Positions 10,621 through 19,547 of a stretch of 64,000 nucleotides of DNA are shown here, piece after piece. Made by a program: the position numbers and the translations under genes. The notes under the pieces were generated by a model. The model worked only from the letters and a program-made list of their open reading frames with translations, did not search any database and was not told the origin of the DNA. The stretch comes from Nitrospira sp. (GTDB lineage Bacteria; Nitrospirota; Thermodesulfovibrionia; Thermodesulfovibrionales; SM23-35): contig VGWX01000002.1 of assembly GCA_016873615.1 (NCBI GenBank), positions 5,101-69,100 on the forward strand, in the 5' to 3' direction. Position 1 is the stretch's first letter; each line of letters starts with the position of its first letter.

Positions 10621-10631
10621 GAATAAACCCC

Positions 10632-12089
10632 TTACCGCTTCTTTTTTTGTATAGCAGCATTGTAGAGTTCCATATATCTCCGGGCTGACCTTTTCCACGA
10701 GAAGTCAGTCTTCATTCCGTCTATTATCATCTTGTTCTTCTTGTCATTATCTGTATAAACGCAAAAGGCCCTTTTCAGGGCATCCTTCAATGCAGAAGCA
10801 GTATAATCAGAAAAAAGGAAACCGGTGCCCTTCGATCTCAAAGGTTCAAAGTCTTCTATGGTATCCATAAGTCCTCCGGTCTTTCTCGCAACCGGGATGC
10901 AACCGTATCTCAGGGCCATGAGTTGTCCGAGTCCGCATGGTTCATATCTGGACGGTATAAGAAAAAAATCTGACCCTGCATAAATCCTGTGCGCAAGCGG
11001 ATCATCAAATCCGATGGTAACCGAGATCATCCCCTTAAACTTTTTTGAAAATTCCTCAAAACTCCTGTGGAACATCTCATCACCTTTTCCAAGGATAGCA
11101 ATCTTTACACCGGAAGACAAGATATCAGGGATCGATTCTATGAAAATATCCAATCCCTTCTGTGCCGACAACCTGCCCACCATACCGATAAGAGGCATGC
11201 TTTCAGCATTAAGGATATCTGAGGGTTGAAACAGCCTCTGCAGGAGTTCTCTTTTGCAGATCATTTTTCCTGAGATGTCATTATGACTGTATTGTACAGG
11301 TAAAAATTCATCTCTTGAGGGGTCCCATTCATCGTAGTCTATTCCGTTTATAACACCGTAAAGATCATCCTCCCTTGTTTTCAATACACCTTCAAGTCCG
11401 AAACTGAACTCCTTATTGAGTATTTCCTTTGAGTATGAAACACTGACAGCGCTCAAAATATCTGCGGATATAATCCCTGCCTTAAGAAAGTTTATCTTTC
11501 CGTAAAACTCTATACCATCAGGCGTAAAAAGATCCCAGCCGAGATTTGTAAGAGGCATCTCTGATGCAGGGAAAAGACCCTGATATCCGATGTTGTGTAT
11601 AGTGAATACGGTAGCTGTCCTTTTGAAAAAAGCATCATTTTTATATACCTTCTTAAGGTAAAGAGGGACAAGTCCTGTCTGCCAGTCGTTACAGTGTATT
11701 ATATCCGGCCTGAAATCAAGGGCCTTGCATGTTTCTATTATGCCTCTTGCAAAGAAAATGAACCTTGATGCATTATCAGCATAATCTCCTTTAGGCGTAC
11801 CATAGAGCTCTTGTCTGTCGAAAAATTCATCACATGCTATGAAATAATTGTCATATTTATCGCTGAATACCCTGCCCTCTGTTACCCTTCCTCCAACAGG
11901 AACCTTTACTGTAATCCCTGTATAATTCAGATACGATCGGCTCTCTTTTATCCCTTTGTAAAGAGGAAGGATAATGCGCGCGTCCTTTTTGATTTTCCGA
12001 TATTCCTTGCACAGGGCGCCGGCCACATCCGCAAGCCCGCCGGTTTTTATATATGGCACTGCCTCAGAAGAGGCTATTAGGATCTTCAT
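10632..12089 (-). CDS. glgA: glycogen (starch) synthase
   Basis: MKILIASSEAVPYIKTGGLADV motif and a GT5/GT1 C-terminal half. Start placed at 12089 (Met25 of the ORF), giving a 4-nt ATGA overlap with the galT stop. Confidence 0.9.
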   Translation of the reverse strand: MKILIASSEAVPYIKTGGLADVAGALCKEYRKIKKDARIILPLYKGIKESRSYLNYTGITVKVPVGGRVTEGRVFSDKYDNYFIACDEFFDRQELYGTPKGDYADNASRFIFFARGIIETCKALDFRPDIIHCNDWQTGLVPLYLKKVYKNDAFFKRTATVFTIHNIGYQGLFPASEMPLTNLGWDLFTPDGIEFYGKINFLKAGIISADILSAVSVSYSKEILNKEFSFGLEGVLKTREDDLYGVINGIDYDEWDPSRDEFLPVQYSHNDISGKMICKRELLQRLFQPSDILNAESMPLIGMVGRLSAQKGLDIFIESIPDILSSGVKIAILGKGDEMFHRSFEEFSKKFKGMISVTIGFDDPLAHRIYAGSDFFLIPSRYEPCGLGQLMALRYGCIPVARKTGGLMDTIEDFEPLRSKGTGFLFSDYTASALKDALKRAFCVYTDNDKKNKMIIDGMKTDFSWKRSARRYMELYNAAIQKKKR

Positions 12090-13081
12090 ATTTTCGCTTC
12101 TCTCATAAATCTGGCAGATTCCTCGGGAGGGGTCGGGTTGATATAAAAGCCTGATCCCCATTCAAACCCTGCTATTTTTGTAAGCTTCGGGACTATTTCT
12201 ATATGCCAGTGGTAGTAATCATTCACCTCCTCAGTAAACGGTGAGGTATGGAGCACGAAATTATACGGCGGTATATCAAGTATTTTATCGATCTGTTTCA
12301 GTACCACCTGAAGTATCTCTGCCAATGGCGCAAAATTGTTATCAGGAGGATAAAACCCTGACTCATGCTTCTTCGGCAAAATCCATGTCTCAAATGGCGC
12401 GCTTGGTGCAAATGGCGCAATGGCAACATACCGGGCATTTTCATAGATAACCCTTTTTTTGGAATCGAGTTCCTGGCTGATCACATCACAGAAAATACAC
12501 CTTTCCTTCAGATCATAATAACGTTTTGCTGCATCTGTCTCTTCTTTTACCAGTTTCGGTATGATCGGTAGACCGATCAACTGGGTATGGGAATGCTCAA
12601 GAGAAGCGCCTGCGGCCTCTCCTTCATTTTTGAAGATCAGGACATATTTCAGCCGCTTGTCCTTTCGTAGATCATTGAGTCTTTGATAATAGGCCCAGAG
12701 TGCGTCTTCCACTCCTTTTAATGGTATCGTTGAAAGCGACTGCATATGATCGGGTGTTTCCACTATTACCTCATGGGCGCCTATGCCGTTCATCTTGTCA
12801 AATATTCCCTCTCCTGTTTTGGTCAGGTCTCCAAATATCTGAAGTGCAGGGAACTTGTTCGGCATGGTCCGCAATGTCCATCCCGGAGAATTTGGTTTTG
12901 TATCGGCAGGCCTGAAAGCCATTATCTCCTGTGGTGTGGTATATTCGTTACCCGGGCAGAATGGACAGAACCCTCCCCTTTTTTTCTGGGAAGGTGAAAT
13001 AAAATCTGTTGGTCTTTTGCCCCTTTCAACAGAAATGATTACCCATCGACCGGATATTGGGTCTTTCCTCAGTTCAGACAT
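12086..13081 (-). CDS. galT: GalT-type hexose-1-phosphate nucleotidyltransferase (HIT superfamily)
   Basis: 331 aa. Zn site CPFCPGNE. Active-site HSHTQLI (HxHxQ). Duplicated half-barrel layout. Confidence 0.8.
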   Translation of the reverse strand: MSELRKDPISGRWVIISVERGKRPTDFISPSQKKRGGFCPFCPGNEYTTPQEIMAFRPADTKPNSPGWTLRTMPNKFPALQIFGDLTKTGEGIFDKMNGIGAHEVIVETPDHMQSLSTIPLKGVEDALWAYYQRLNDLRKDKRLKYVLIFKNEGEAAGASLEHSHTQLIGLPIIPKLVKEETDAAKRYYDLKERCIFCDVISQELDSKKRVIYENARYVAIAPFAPSAPFETWILPKKHESGFYPPDNNFAPLAEILQVVLKQIDKILDIPPYNFVLHTSPFTEEVNDYYHWHIEIVPKLTKIAGFEWGSGFYINPTPPEESARFMREAKI

Positions 13082-13209
13082 ATCTCCTCCATCTGTCGTA
13101 AAACGCAGACGTCACGCGTCAGAAGTTGCTGAATCCCTTGCGCCTGATGCTTAACGCCTATCGCCTATCGGATTTGGTATTATTATATCACAATGAGATA
13201 TAATCACTC

Positions 13210-14187
13210 ATGAAACCTACGTTTATACACAACCTCGTCAATAGCCACTTTGAAGACCCTTCGCTTTTTGTCAGGATCATGAGAGAGAAGAGGGCATTTT
13301 TATTCGATATAGGCAATATCACAAAACTCCATCCAGGCGACCTCCAGAAAATAACAGACGTCTTTGTTACGCATACCCACATAGATCATTTTATAGGATT
13401 CGACACCCTTCTCAGGGCGTTATTAAGAAGAGAAATACCTTTAAGAGTCTTTGGTCCTTCAAATATTATTGACTGTGTTGAGGGCAAACTGAAGGGTTAT
13501 ATGTGGAACCTTATAAAGGAATACCCCTTAAGGATAGAGGTATTTTCCGTGGATGGAAATTCAGCAACCTCTTCCTGCTTTTATGCTGAGAACCGTTTTC
13601 AGAGAATAGACAGGGGCACGTCCCGGTTTGACGGTACGCTCGTAAAAGAACCTCTCTTTACAATAAAGGCCCTGCAGCTTAATCATCAGGTCCCATGTCT
13701 TGCTTATTCACTTGAAGAAGAATTTCATATCAATATAAACAAGGCATCCCTGAATGATATAGGCCTGCCTGTCGGGCCATGGCTTTCTGAATTGAAACGC
13801 GCTATCAGAGAGAACAGGCCGGGAGAGACAGAGCTCGTTGTATCTGACAGAAGATTCTTCCTGCGGGAATTAAGAGAGATTGCAACAATAACAAGAGGCC
13901 AAAAGATCTCATATGTAACTGATATCGCAATTAATAATGAGAATATTGAGAAGATCATTGAATTCGCGCGGGGTTCCGACACCTTCTATTGCGAAGCATA
14001 TTTTATGGACAAAGATATGGACAGGGCTTTAAAGAGATTCCACCTTACTGCAAAAATAACCGGCAGGATTGCAAGAGAGGCAGGGGTCGGGAATCTTGTT
14101 GCTATGCATTTTTCGCCAAAATACAGGGAGCAGGATGAGAAGCCTGAAGACGAAGCACTGAGGGAGTTCAGGAATCAGACCTCTTAA
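13210..14187 (+). CDS. MBL-fold metallo-hydrolase (RNase Z-like)
   Basis: 325 aa. VTHTHIDH motif and later His/Asp ligands (AMHFSPKY). Confidence 0.75.
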   Translation: MKPTFIHNLVNSHFEDPSLFVRIMREKRAFLFDIGNITKLHPGDLQKITDVFVTHTHIDHFIGFDTLLRALLRREIPLRVFGPSNIIDCVEGKLKGYMWNLIKEYPLRIEVFSVDGNSATSSCFYAENRFQRIDRGTSRFDGTLVKEPLFTIKALQLNHQVPCLAYSLEEEFHININKASLNDIGLPVGPWLSELKRAIRENRPGETELVVSDRRFFLRELREIATITRGQKISYVTDIAINNENIEKIIEFARGSDTFYCEAYFMDKDMDRALKRFHLTAKITGRIAREAGVGNLVAMHFSPKYREQDEKPEDEALREFRNQTS

Positions 14188-15403
14188 AAGTCAGAACAGC
14201 ATTTAATCCGCCAAAACCGAATGAATGAGATATTGCATGCCGTATCTCAGCCTTACGAGTCTGAGTCACATAATCAAGGTCACAGTCAGGATCCCTCTCT
14301 TTCAAGTTTACTGTTGGCGGAATGATCCCTTCTCTCATGCTCATTAATGTAAAAGCTGCTTCAAGCGCACCTGATGCAGCGAGCATATGGCCTGTTAAGG
14401 ATTTGATCGAGGTGATGGGTACATGGCCGGCGTTTCCGCCAAAAGACAGCTTGACCGCCTCTGTCTCTGTCTTGTCGCCAAGGGGCGTTGACGTCCCGTG
14501 AGCATTTATAAAATCGATATCATCCGGTTTTAAACCTGCTTCGTCTATTGCCATACTTATTGCCCTTGATTCACCTTCTGATGACGGTTTTGTCCGATGG
14601 AATGCATCTGTTGTATTTCCGTAGCCTGTAATTTCACCGTATATCTTCACCCCTCTTTTCACAGCGCGTATATAATCTTCCAGCACAAGGATGCATGCGC
14701 CTTCTGAAAGCACAAATCCGTCGCGTGTCCTGTCAAACGGCCTGCTTGCAGAAGCGCCATTACCTTTTGATAATGCTCCTGATGCTCCATATCCCTCAAT
14801 ACATATCCTGCATATCGGGGCCTCGGTGCCGCCGCAGAGGATCAGCCCCGTATGACCGGTTCTGATTAACCTGTACGCCTCGCCTATAGCGCTTGTGCCT
14901 GACGCACATGCATTGGATATGCCGAGGCAGTAACCTTTTATGCCGAGCTTTTGAGCGACATAAGATGAAGCCATGCTTATTGTTGTTGACGACATGAGAT
15001 ATGCAGACGTCCGTAAAGCATGGGGCGTAAAGCCTGAGGAATATATTTTCCGGATCTCTTTTTCTAAAGTGCTTATACCGCCTCGGCCTGAACCGATAAT
15101 TACACCTGCTGACAAGGGTATTGAGTGAGGAAAGAGGAGGCCCGCATCCTCGGCTGCCATTATTGATGCAGCTGCTGCATATTGCACGAAGGGATCAAGG
15201 CGCAATATCTCTTTTCTGGATAAATACCTGCCGGCATCAAACCCTTTCAATTCTCCGGCAACTTTCCACTGAAGATGAAAAGCATCAAATCTGGTTATGG
15301 GTGTTATTCCGGATAACCCTGCTTTTGCAGACTTCCAGGAGTCATCAAATGAATTCCCGATAGGACTGACAGCTCCTATCCCTGTCACAGCAACCCTGTT
15401 CAT
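14168..15403 (-). CDS. fabF: beta-ketoacyl-ACP synthase II
   Basis: 411 aa. Active-site ACASG, INAHGTSTPLGD, GHMLAASG, SFGFGGLNA. Confidence 0.9.
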   Translation of the reverse strand: MNRVAVTGIGAVSPIGNSFDDSWKSAKAGLSGITPITRFDAFHLQWKVAGELKGFDAGRYLSRKEILRLDPFVQYAAAASIMAAEDAGLLFPHSIPLSAGVIIGSGRGGISTLEKEIRKIYSSGFTPHALRTSAYLMSSTTISMASSYVAQKLGIKGYCLGISNACASGTSAIGEAYRLIRTGHTGLILCGGTEAPICRICIEGYGASGALSKGNGASASRPFDRTRDGFVLSEGACILVLEDYIRAVKRGVKIYGEITGYGNTTDAFHRTKPSSEGESRAISMAIDEAGLKPDDIDFINAHGTSTPLGDKTETEAVKLSFGGNAGHVPITSIKSLTGHMLAASGALEAAFTLMSMREGIIPPTVNLKERDPDCDLDYVTQTRKAEIRHAISHSFGFGGLNAVLTFKRSDS

Positions 15404-15510
15404 TTTTAATTATAATATCACAATATGGCTTGCCATGCCTCCCGGATTTATTGCCGTTCTGCATGGCATATGGTATTATTATAAGAATTCCCGGTATCTA
15501 AGGGGGGTAA

Positions 15511-16308
15511 TTGGTAGGGGATATACTAAAAAACAAACGAGAAGAATTAGGGCAGGATCTCAGGGAAATCTCAAATACCCTTAAAATAAAATATGATTAT
15601 CTTAAAGCGATTGAGGATGGAGATCTGGGAAAGCTTCCTCAGGAGGTTTATGTAAAAGGCTACATCCGCGAATATGCTGAACACCTGAGAATAGATCCTG
15701 AGGCCGCCATCAATGCTTATGTGCAGCAAATATCGCCGCCCCAGGTTGAAAACAAGGACATTCCTGAAAAGACGCCGGAGAAGACGAAAATACCGAAGAT
15801 AGGATATGTGCTCATTTCCCTGCTCTTCATTCTCATAACCATAACTCTCTCGTATACGATATTTTCACAGAAAGGTAAAGATATAAACCGGCCTGCAGAG
15901 CAAACTCAAAAAGAGATATCTTCACAAAATGCCGGACCGATAAAAGAAACACCTTCTTCTGTAGTAACACCCGGGGGAACCACAATCCCTGATAGTAACA
16001 AGGAGGCGCCATTAGCAAATACTGAAACAAAAAAAGAAATTGTGCCTCCAAAAACATATGTGTCCCGGCAGGTTCTTGAGGTCTTTGCCATTGATACAAC
16101 ATGGCTTCTGGTATTGATAGATAAAGCTGATTCAAAAGAGATGCTGTTGAAACCCGGTGATTCAGCAAAATGGCATGCTAAAAACTGTTTCTCTCTGAAA
16201 ATCGGAAATGCCGGAGGCATAAGGTTAGTATTCAATGGAAAAGAAATTAAAAAACTGGGCGAAAAAGGTCAGGTAATCAATATAGATCTTCCAGGCGCCG
16301 GCATATAG
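15511..16308 (+). CDS. RodZ-like HTH / membrane protein
   Basis: 265 aa from a TTG start with AAGGGGGG upstream. N-terminal XRE-type HTH (LKNKREELGQDLREISNTLKI), one TM segment, C-terminal DUF4115-like beta domain. Confidence 0.7.
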   Translation: MVGDILKNKREELGQDLREISNTLKIKYDYLKAIEDGDLGKLPQEVYVKGYIREYAEHLRIDPEAAINAYVQQISPPQVENKDIPEKTPEKTKIPKIGYVLISLLFILITITLSYTIFSQKGKDINRPAEQTQKEISSQNAGPIKETPSSVVTPGGTTIPDSNKEAPLANTETKKEIVPPKTYVSRQVLEVFAIDTTWLLVLIDKADSKEMLLKPGDSAKWHAKNCFSLKIGNAGGIRLVFNGKEIKKLGEKGQVINIDLPGAGI

Positions 16309-16463
16309 ACTTGGCTGAAAACAGCGTGCTTAATCCCTTTCTTTTTTGCTGATCTTATGGCGTCAGACAAAGACAAAAGACGATTCAAAAGATATAGATA
16401 CAAATCAGCGCTCTCTATCTCTCTAAAAGAAAAATCATTAAACCAAAAAATGCATTTGGATAA

Positions 16464-16654
16464 AACCACAGAGTTCACAGAGGTATTTTAAACTTTAAAA
16501 AGACTTTTAATTTCAAGCAATTCTCTGTGCCCTCATGTTATATTTTTGAAAACAATTAAGACTCAGTCCTGCATAAAATAGTGCACAGAGGAAATTATAA
16601 AAACTGATAGGTTCTCTTTTATTATCAAAATGTTTCTCCGTGTACTCTGTGGTT
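16464..16654. repeat. MITE-like inverted-repeat element, AACCACAGAG family (copy 1, ~191 bp)
   Basis: Left end AACCACAGAGTTCACAGAGG (16464-16483). Right end CTCCGTGTACTCTGTGGTT (16636-16654) is its imperfect reverse complement. An inner pair TTCTCTGTGCCCTC (16521) / GTGCACAGAGGAA (16581). Same termini as 45330-45409. Confidence 0.7.
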
Positions 16655-16876
16655 AATTGCATTATTCGGGTTAAAGGGCAGGATAACCGATTATTAAAGG
16701 GTATCGGATTATCTCGCGGAACTCGGGCTGAACCTGAGGGCACAGTCCATCTTTGAAAAGGCGATTAAAATGGAGCCTTTTAATGCAATGGCATACAATG
16801 GACTGAAGAGGATAAGGGATTCTTCTCAATGATTGTTCGGGCAAAAGTTATTGAAGAAGGTGTATATTAAATGTAG

Positions 16877-17644
16877 ATGATTAAAAACTCATTCAGCATT
16901 TTAAACGGAATCGGTGAGAGACTCGAGAAAAAGCTCTGGAGAAACGGAATACTTACATGGGCTGATTTCATTAACGCCTCTGATATAGATTTCATAACCT
17001 CGCAGAGAAAAAGCTTTTTTGATGAATGCCTTTCCTCTGCTCTCAAGGAACTTGATAATTCCAACGCTGTTTATTTTGCAACAACCATAAAAAGGAGAGA
17101 ACACTGGAGGCTCTTTGACACTTTCAGGGATGAAGCAGCATATCTTGATATAGAAACAAATGGTTTTATGCCGGGAAACGGAGGCTATGTAACTGTCGTC
17201 GGGATATATGACGGCTATGATTATAAATGTTTCGTAAGAAATGTAAACCTTACATGTGAGAATCTGAGGAATGAATTCTCCAGATATAAATATCTGATAA
17301 CATTTTACGGCGCGGGATTTGACGTCCCGTTCCTTATGAGATCAATGCCGGATCTGAGATTTGATATACCCCACTTTGATATCTGCTTTGGTTCTAGAAA
17401 AATAGGTTTTAAAGGAGGATTAAAAAAGCTTGAAGTAGATCTCGGAATCGAAAGAGACGAGACTATCAGGAATCTCGACGGATATGACGCTGTAAAACTC
17501 TGGGAACATGCTCAGAGGGGAAACACTGAAGCAATGGAAATCCTTAAACTATACAATAAGGCAGATACGGTAAACCTTGCTAAAATTGTAGATTTTATTT
17601 ATAACAAATTAAGATTACAGACAGGCATAGAGGAATATCTATAA
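16877..17644 (+). CDS. RNase H-like (YprB-type) exonuclease-fold protein
   Basis: 255 aa. YLDIETNGF acidic motif, ITFYGAGFDVPFL, later DAV..W. Matches my memory of the RNase_H_2 / YprB family. Confidence 0.6.
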   Translation: MIKNSFSILNGIGERLEKKLWRNGILTWADFINASDIDFITSQRKSFFDECLSSALKELDNSNAVYFATTIKRREHWRLFDTFRDEAAYLDIETNGFMPGNGGYVTVVGIYDGYDYKCFVRNVNLTCENLRNEFSRYKYLITFYGAGFDVPFLMRSMPDLRFDIPHFDICFGSRKIGFKGGLKKLEVDLGIERDETIRNLDGYDAVKLWEHAQRGNTEAMEILKLYNKADTVNLAKIVDFIYNKLRLQTGIEEYL

Positions 17645-17810
17645 CTAATATCGAACATCATAAGCAAGACTTCACCTGCAATATTACCCATGCTGTTAGT
17701 CTTTATGAAACCCATGGTCAGGCCTTATGCGCTGACGAGAAACTTCAGGCCCTGTTCAAGCTTGAAGGATATACAAAGATCAAGATATCATTGTATGCCT
17801 CGAAACATCA

Positions 17811-17996
17811 ATGAGCGACTCAGATAACTGGATAAAAGATGAATTGCTCCAGGCATTCTATGCCGTTGTAGACGATTTCAAGAACAACGTAATCGAAGAA
17901 GATGTATTCAAAGAGAGGCTCCTGAGGCTGGCAGAAAGGTACGAACGACGTATCGGAAAAAAGGAACTGACCATTGAGCAAAAAGATCTGTTCTGA
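17811..17996 (+). CDS. hypothetical protein
   Basis: 61 aa helical ORF. Its start overlaps the stop of an upstream start-less ORF (CAATGA). No family recognised. Confidence 0.35.
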   Translation: MSDSDNWIKDELLQAFYAVVDDFKNNVIEEDVFKERLLRLAERYERRIGKKELTIEQKDLF

Positions 17997-18450
17997 CGGG
18001 AAAATACCTCATTCAGTAATTCGTCTTTCATTAAATATTTCTTTCTCTCTACTCATAATTCTTTTATCCGCTAAACTGACTTACAGCCTGAATAATAATC
18101 AGTCTTGTGCTTATGAAGATAAGCTTTTAACCTGCATAAATACATACAGAGTTGAGAATAGCCTTCGACCCCTTTCAATGGATGCCAACTTCAATAAACT
18201 TGCAAAAAGCCACAGTCAGTATATGCAGAATAAAAATGCCTTAAATCATGACCATTTTGATGAAAGATTCAGTAAAAGCGGACGATCTCTATGCGTCGAA
18301 AATGTGGGATGGAATTATCCAACCCCTGAAGCCCAGTTGCAGGCATGGAAAAAGTCGGGCGGCCACAACAAGAACCTTTTGAATAAGAAGATAAAGCACG
18401 CAGGCATTGCCAGATCCGGAACATATGTGACCTTCTTCGCCTGTGAATAA
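17974..18450 (+). CDS. CAP / SCP / YkwD-like secreted protein
   Basis: 158 aa. TM/signal segment, then KLAKSHSQYM...NALNHD...ENVGWN...W..SGGHNKNLL, typical of CAP domains. Confidence 0.7.
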   Translation: MSKKICSDGKIPHSVIRLSLNISFSLLIILLSAKLTYSLNNNQSCAYEDKLLTCINTYRVENSLRPLSMDANFNKLAKSHSQYMQNKNALNHDHFDERFSKSGRSLCVENVGWNYPTPEAQLQAWKKSGGHNKNLLNKKIKHAGIARSGTYVTFFACE

Positions 18451-18483
18451 TCAAACCTCGTGTAAAGTCTTCTGGAGGACTAC

Positions 18484-18921
18484 ATGAAAAAATATCTCAT
18501 CACTTTATTATTTTTTGCTGCTTTCGGAGTTCCATACATTGCCGTGGCAGGTGACTATGATTCTGGAGTTAAATCAACGCTTATTCTGAAGACAACCACA
18601 ACGACCGACAATTATCCTGCGAAGTACCTGAATACTCAAAGGCCGGAAATAACCGCCATGAAAGTGGAAATCAAACCTGGCGCTGAAACAGGGTGGCACA
18701 GCCATCCTGTTCCCCTTTACGCTTATGTGCTGGAAGGGAACCTTACTGTAGAGATAAAAGGAGGGAATAGATATAATTTCAATGCCGGTGACGCTATTGT
18801 TGAAGTCGTGAATATCCCTCATAACGGTAAGAACCTTGGCACAATGCCGGTGGTGCTTATTGCCTTTTACACGGGGGAAATAGGCACACCCAACACTATT
18901 ATGATTCCTCCTGATCAGTAG
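18484..18921 (+). CDS. secreted cupin-domain protein
   Basis: 145 aa. Signal peptide ending AVAG. Cupin motif GWHSHPVPLYAYVLEGNLTVE...PHNGKN. Confidence 0.75.
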   Translation: MKKYLITLLFFAAFGVPYIAVAGDYDSGVKSTLILKTTTTTDNYPAKYLNTQRPEITAMKVEIKPGAETGWHSHPVPLYAYVLEGNLTVEIKGGNRYNFNAGDAIVEVVNIPHNGKNLGTMPVVLIAFYTGEIGTPNTIMIPPDQ

Positions 18922-19011
18922 GCGACAATGTTAAAACATGATACGGCGCGCAATAAAAAGAGCAGTTGATGATTTTTTTCAAAGTGAAGTAGATTATAAC
19001 TAATCATCTTT

Positions 19012-19539
19012 ATGGAGAGTATTACGGTAAACAAAAAACTGTTTTTGTTTCTGCATGTGCTGGGAATATCTGTATTCGTGTTGTCATACATATGTGCCTG
19101 TGAAAAAGAAAAACGCAGCACAACCTCCTCAATATCTGCTGATTCTCCCAACGAAATAAAATTCCACAGAGAGGGTGAGTTGGCGTTTATCAGCAAGGAA
19201 AGCAGGAAAAAGATTAAAACCATTTATATTGAGATAGCTGATACTCCCGAGAAATTAGAAGCAGGATTAATGTACAGACGAACTATGGCAGATACAGAGG
19301 GTATGTTATTTGTTTTTAAAAAAGCTAAGAAGAGATTCTTCTGGATGGAAAATACCTATATTCCGCTTGATATGATTTTTGTTGATGAAAACATGAAGAT
19401 AGTAAAGATAGAGAAAAATACGATACCAATGTCTGAAGAGAAGATTCCTACACATAAGAACACACTCTACACTGTTGAGGTGAATGCCGGTTTTTGTGAT
19501 AGATACGGAATTAATGTCGGAGATTATATCCAGTTCTAA
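19012..19539 (+). CDS. DUF192-family protein
   Basis: 175 aa. GLMYR...GMLFVF...FWMENTYIPLDMIFVD...V.E.NAG pattern of COG1430/DUF192. Confidence 0.75.
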   Translation: MESITVNKKLFLFLHVLGISVFVLSYICACEKEKRSTTSSISADSPNEIKFHREGELAFISKESRKKIKTIYIEIADTPEKLEAGLMYRRTMADTEGMLFVFKKAKKRFFWMENTYIPLDMIFVDENMKIVKIEKNTIPMSEEKIPTHKNTLYTVEVNAGFCDRYGINVGDYIQF

Positions 19540-19547
19540 CCGTCCTC

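Noticed and set aside
8237-10626. Chain of plus-strand ORFs (8477-8968, 9404-9829, 9622-10068, 9899-10228, 10246-10626)
   Set aside because: All lie antisense to the well-supported PAS/GAF histidine kinase. They have no motifs and a Ser/Phe/Ile-rich composition typical of shadow frames.
16269-16743. Minus-strand ORFs 16269-16478 and 16513-16743
   Set aside because: They lie across the repeat-laden intergenic region and the MITE-like element. Their translations have no motifs and poor start contexts.
16690-16830. Short minus-start-less frame DYLAELGLNLRAQSIFEKAIKMEPFNAMAYNGLKRIRDSSQ* (plus strand)
   Set aside because: It looks like the last TPR repeat of a decayed gene. It has no start codon, a stop lies immediately upstream, and it covers only about 45 codons. 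I noted it as a remnant and did not call it as a feature.
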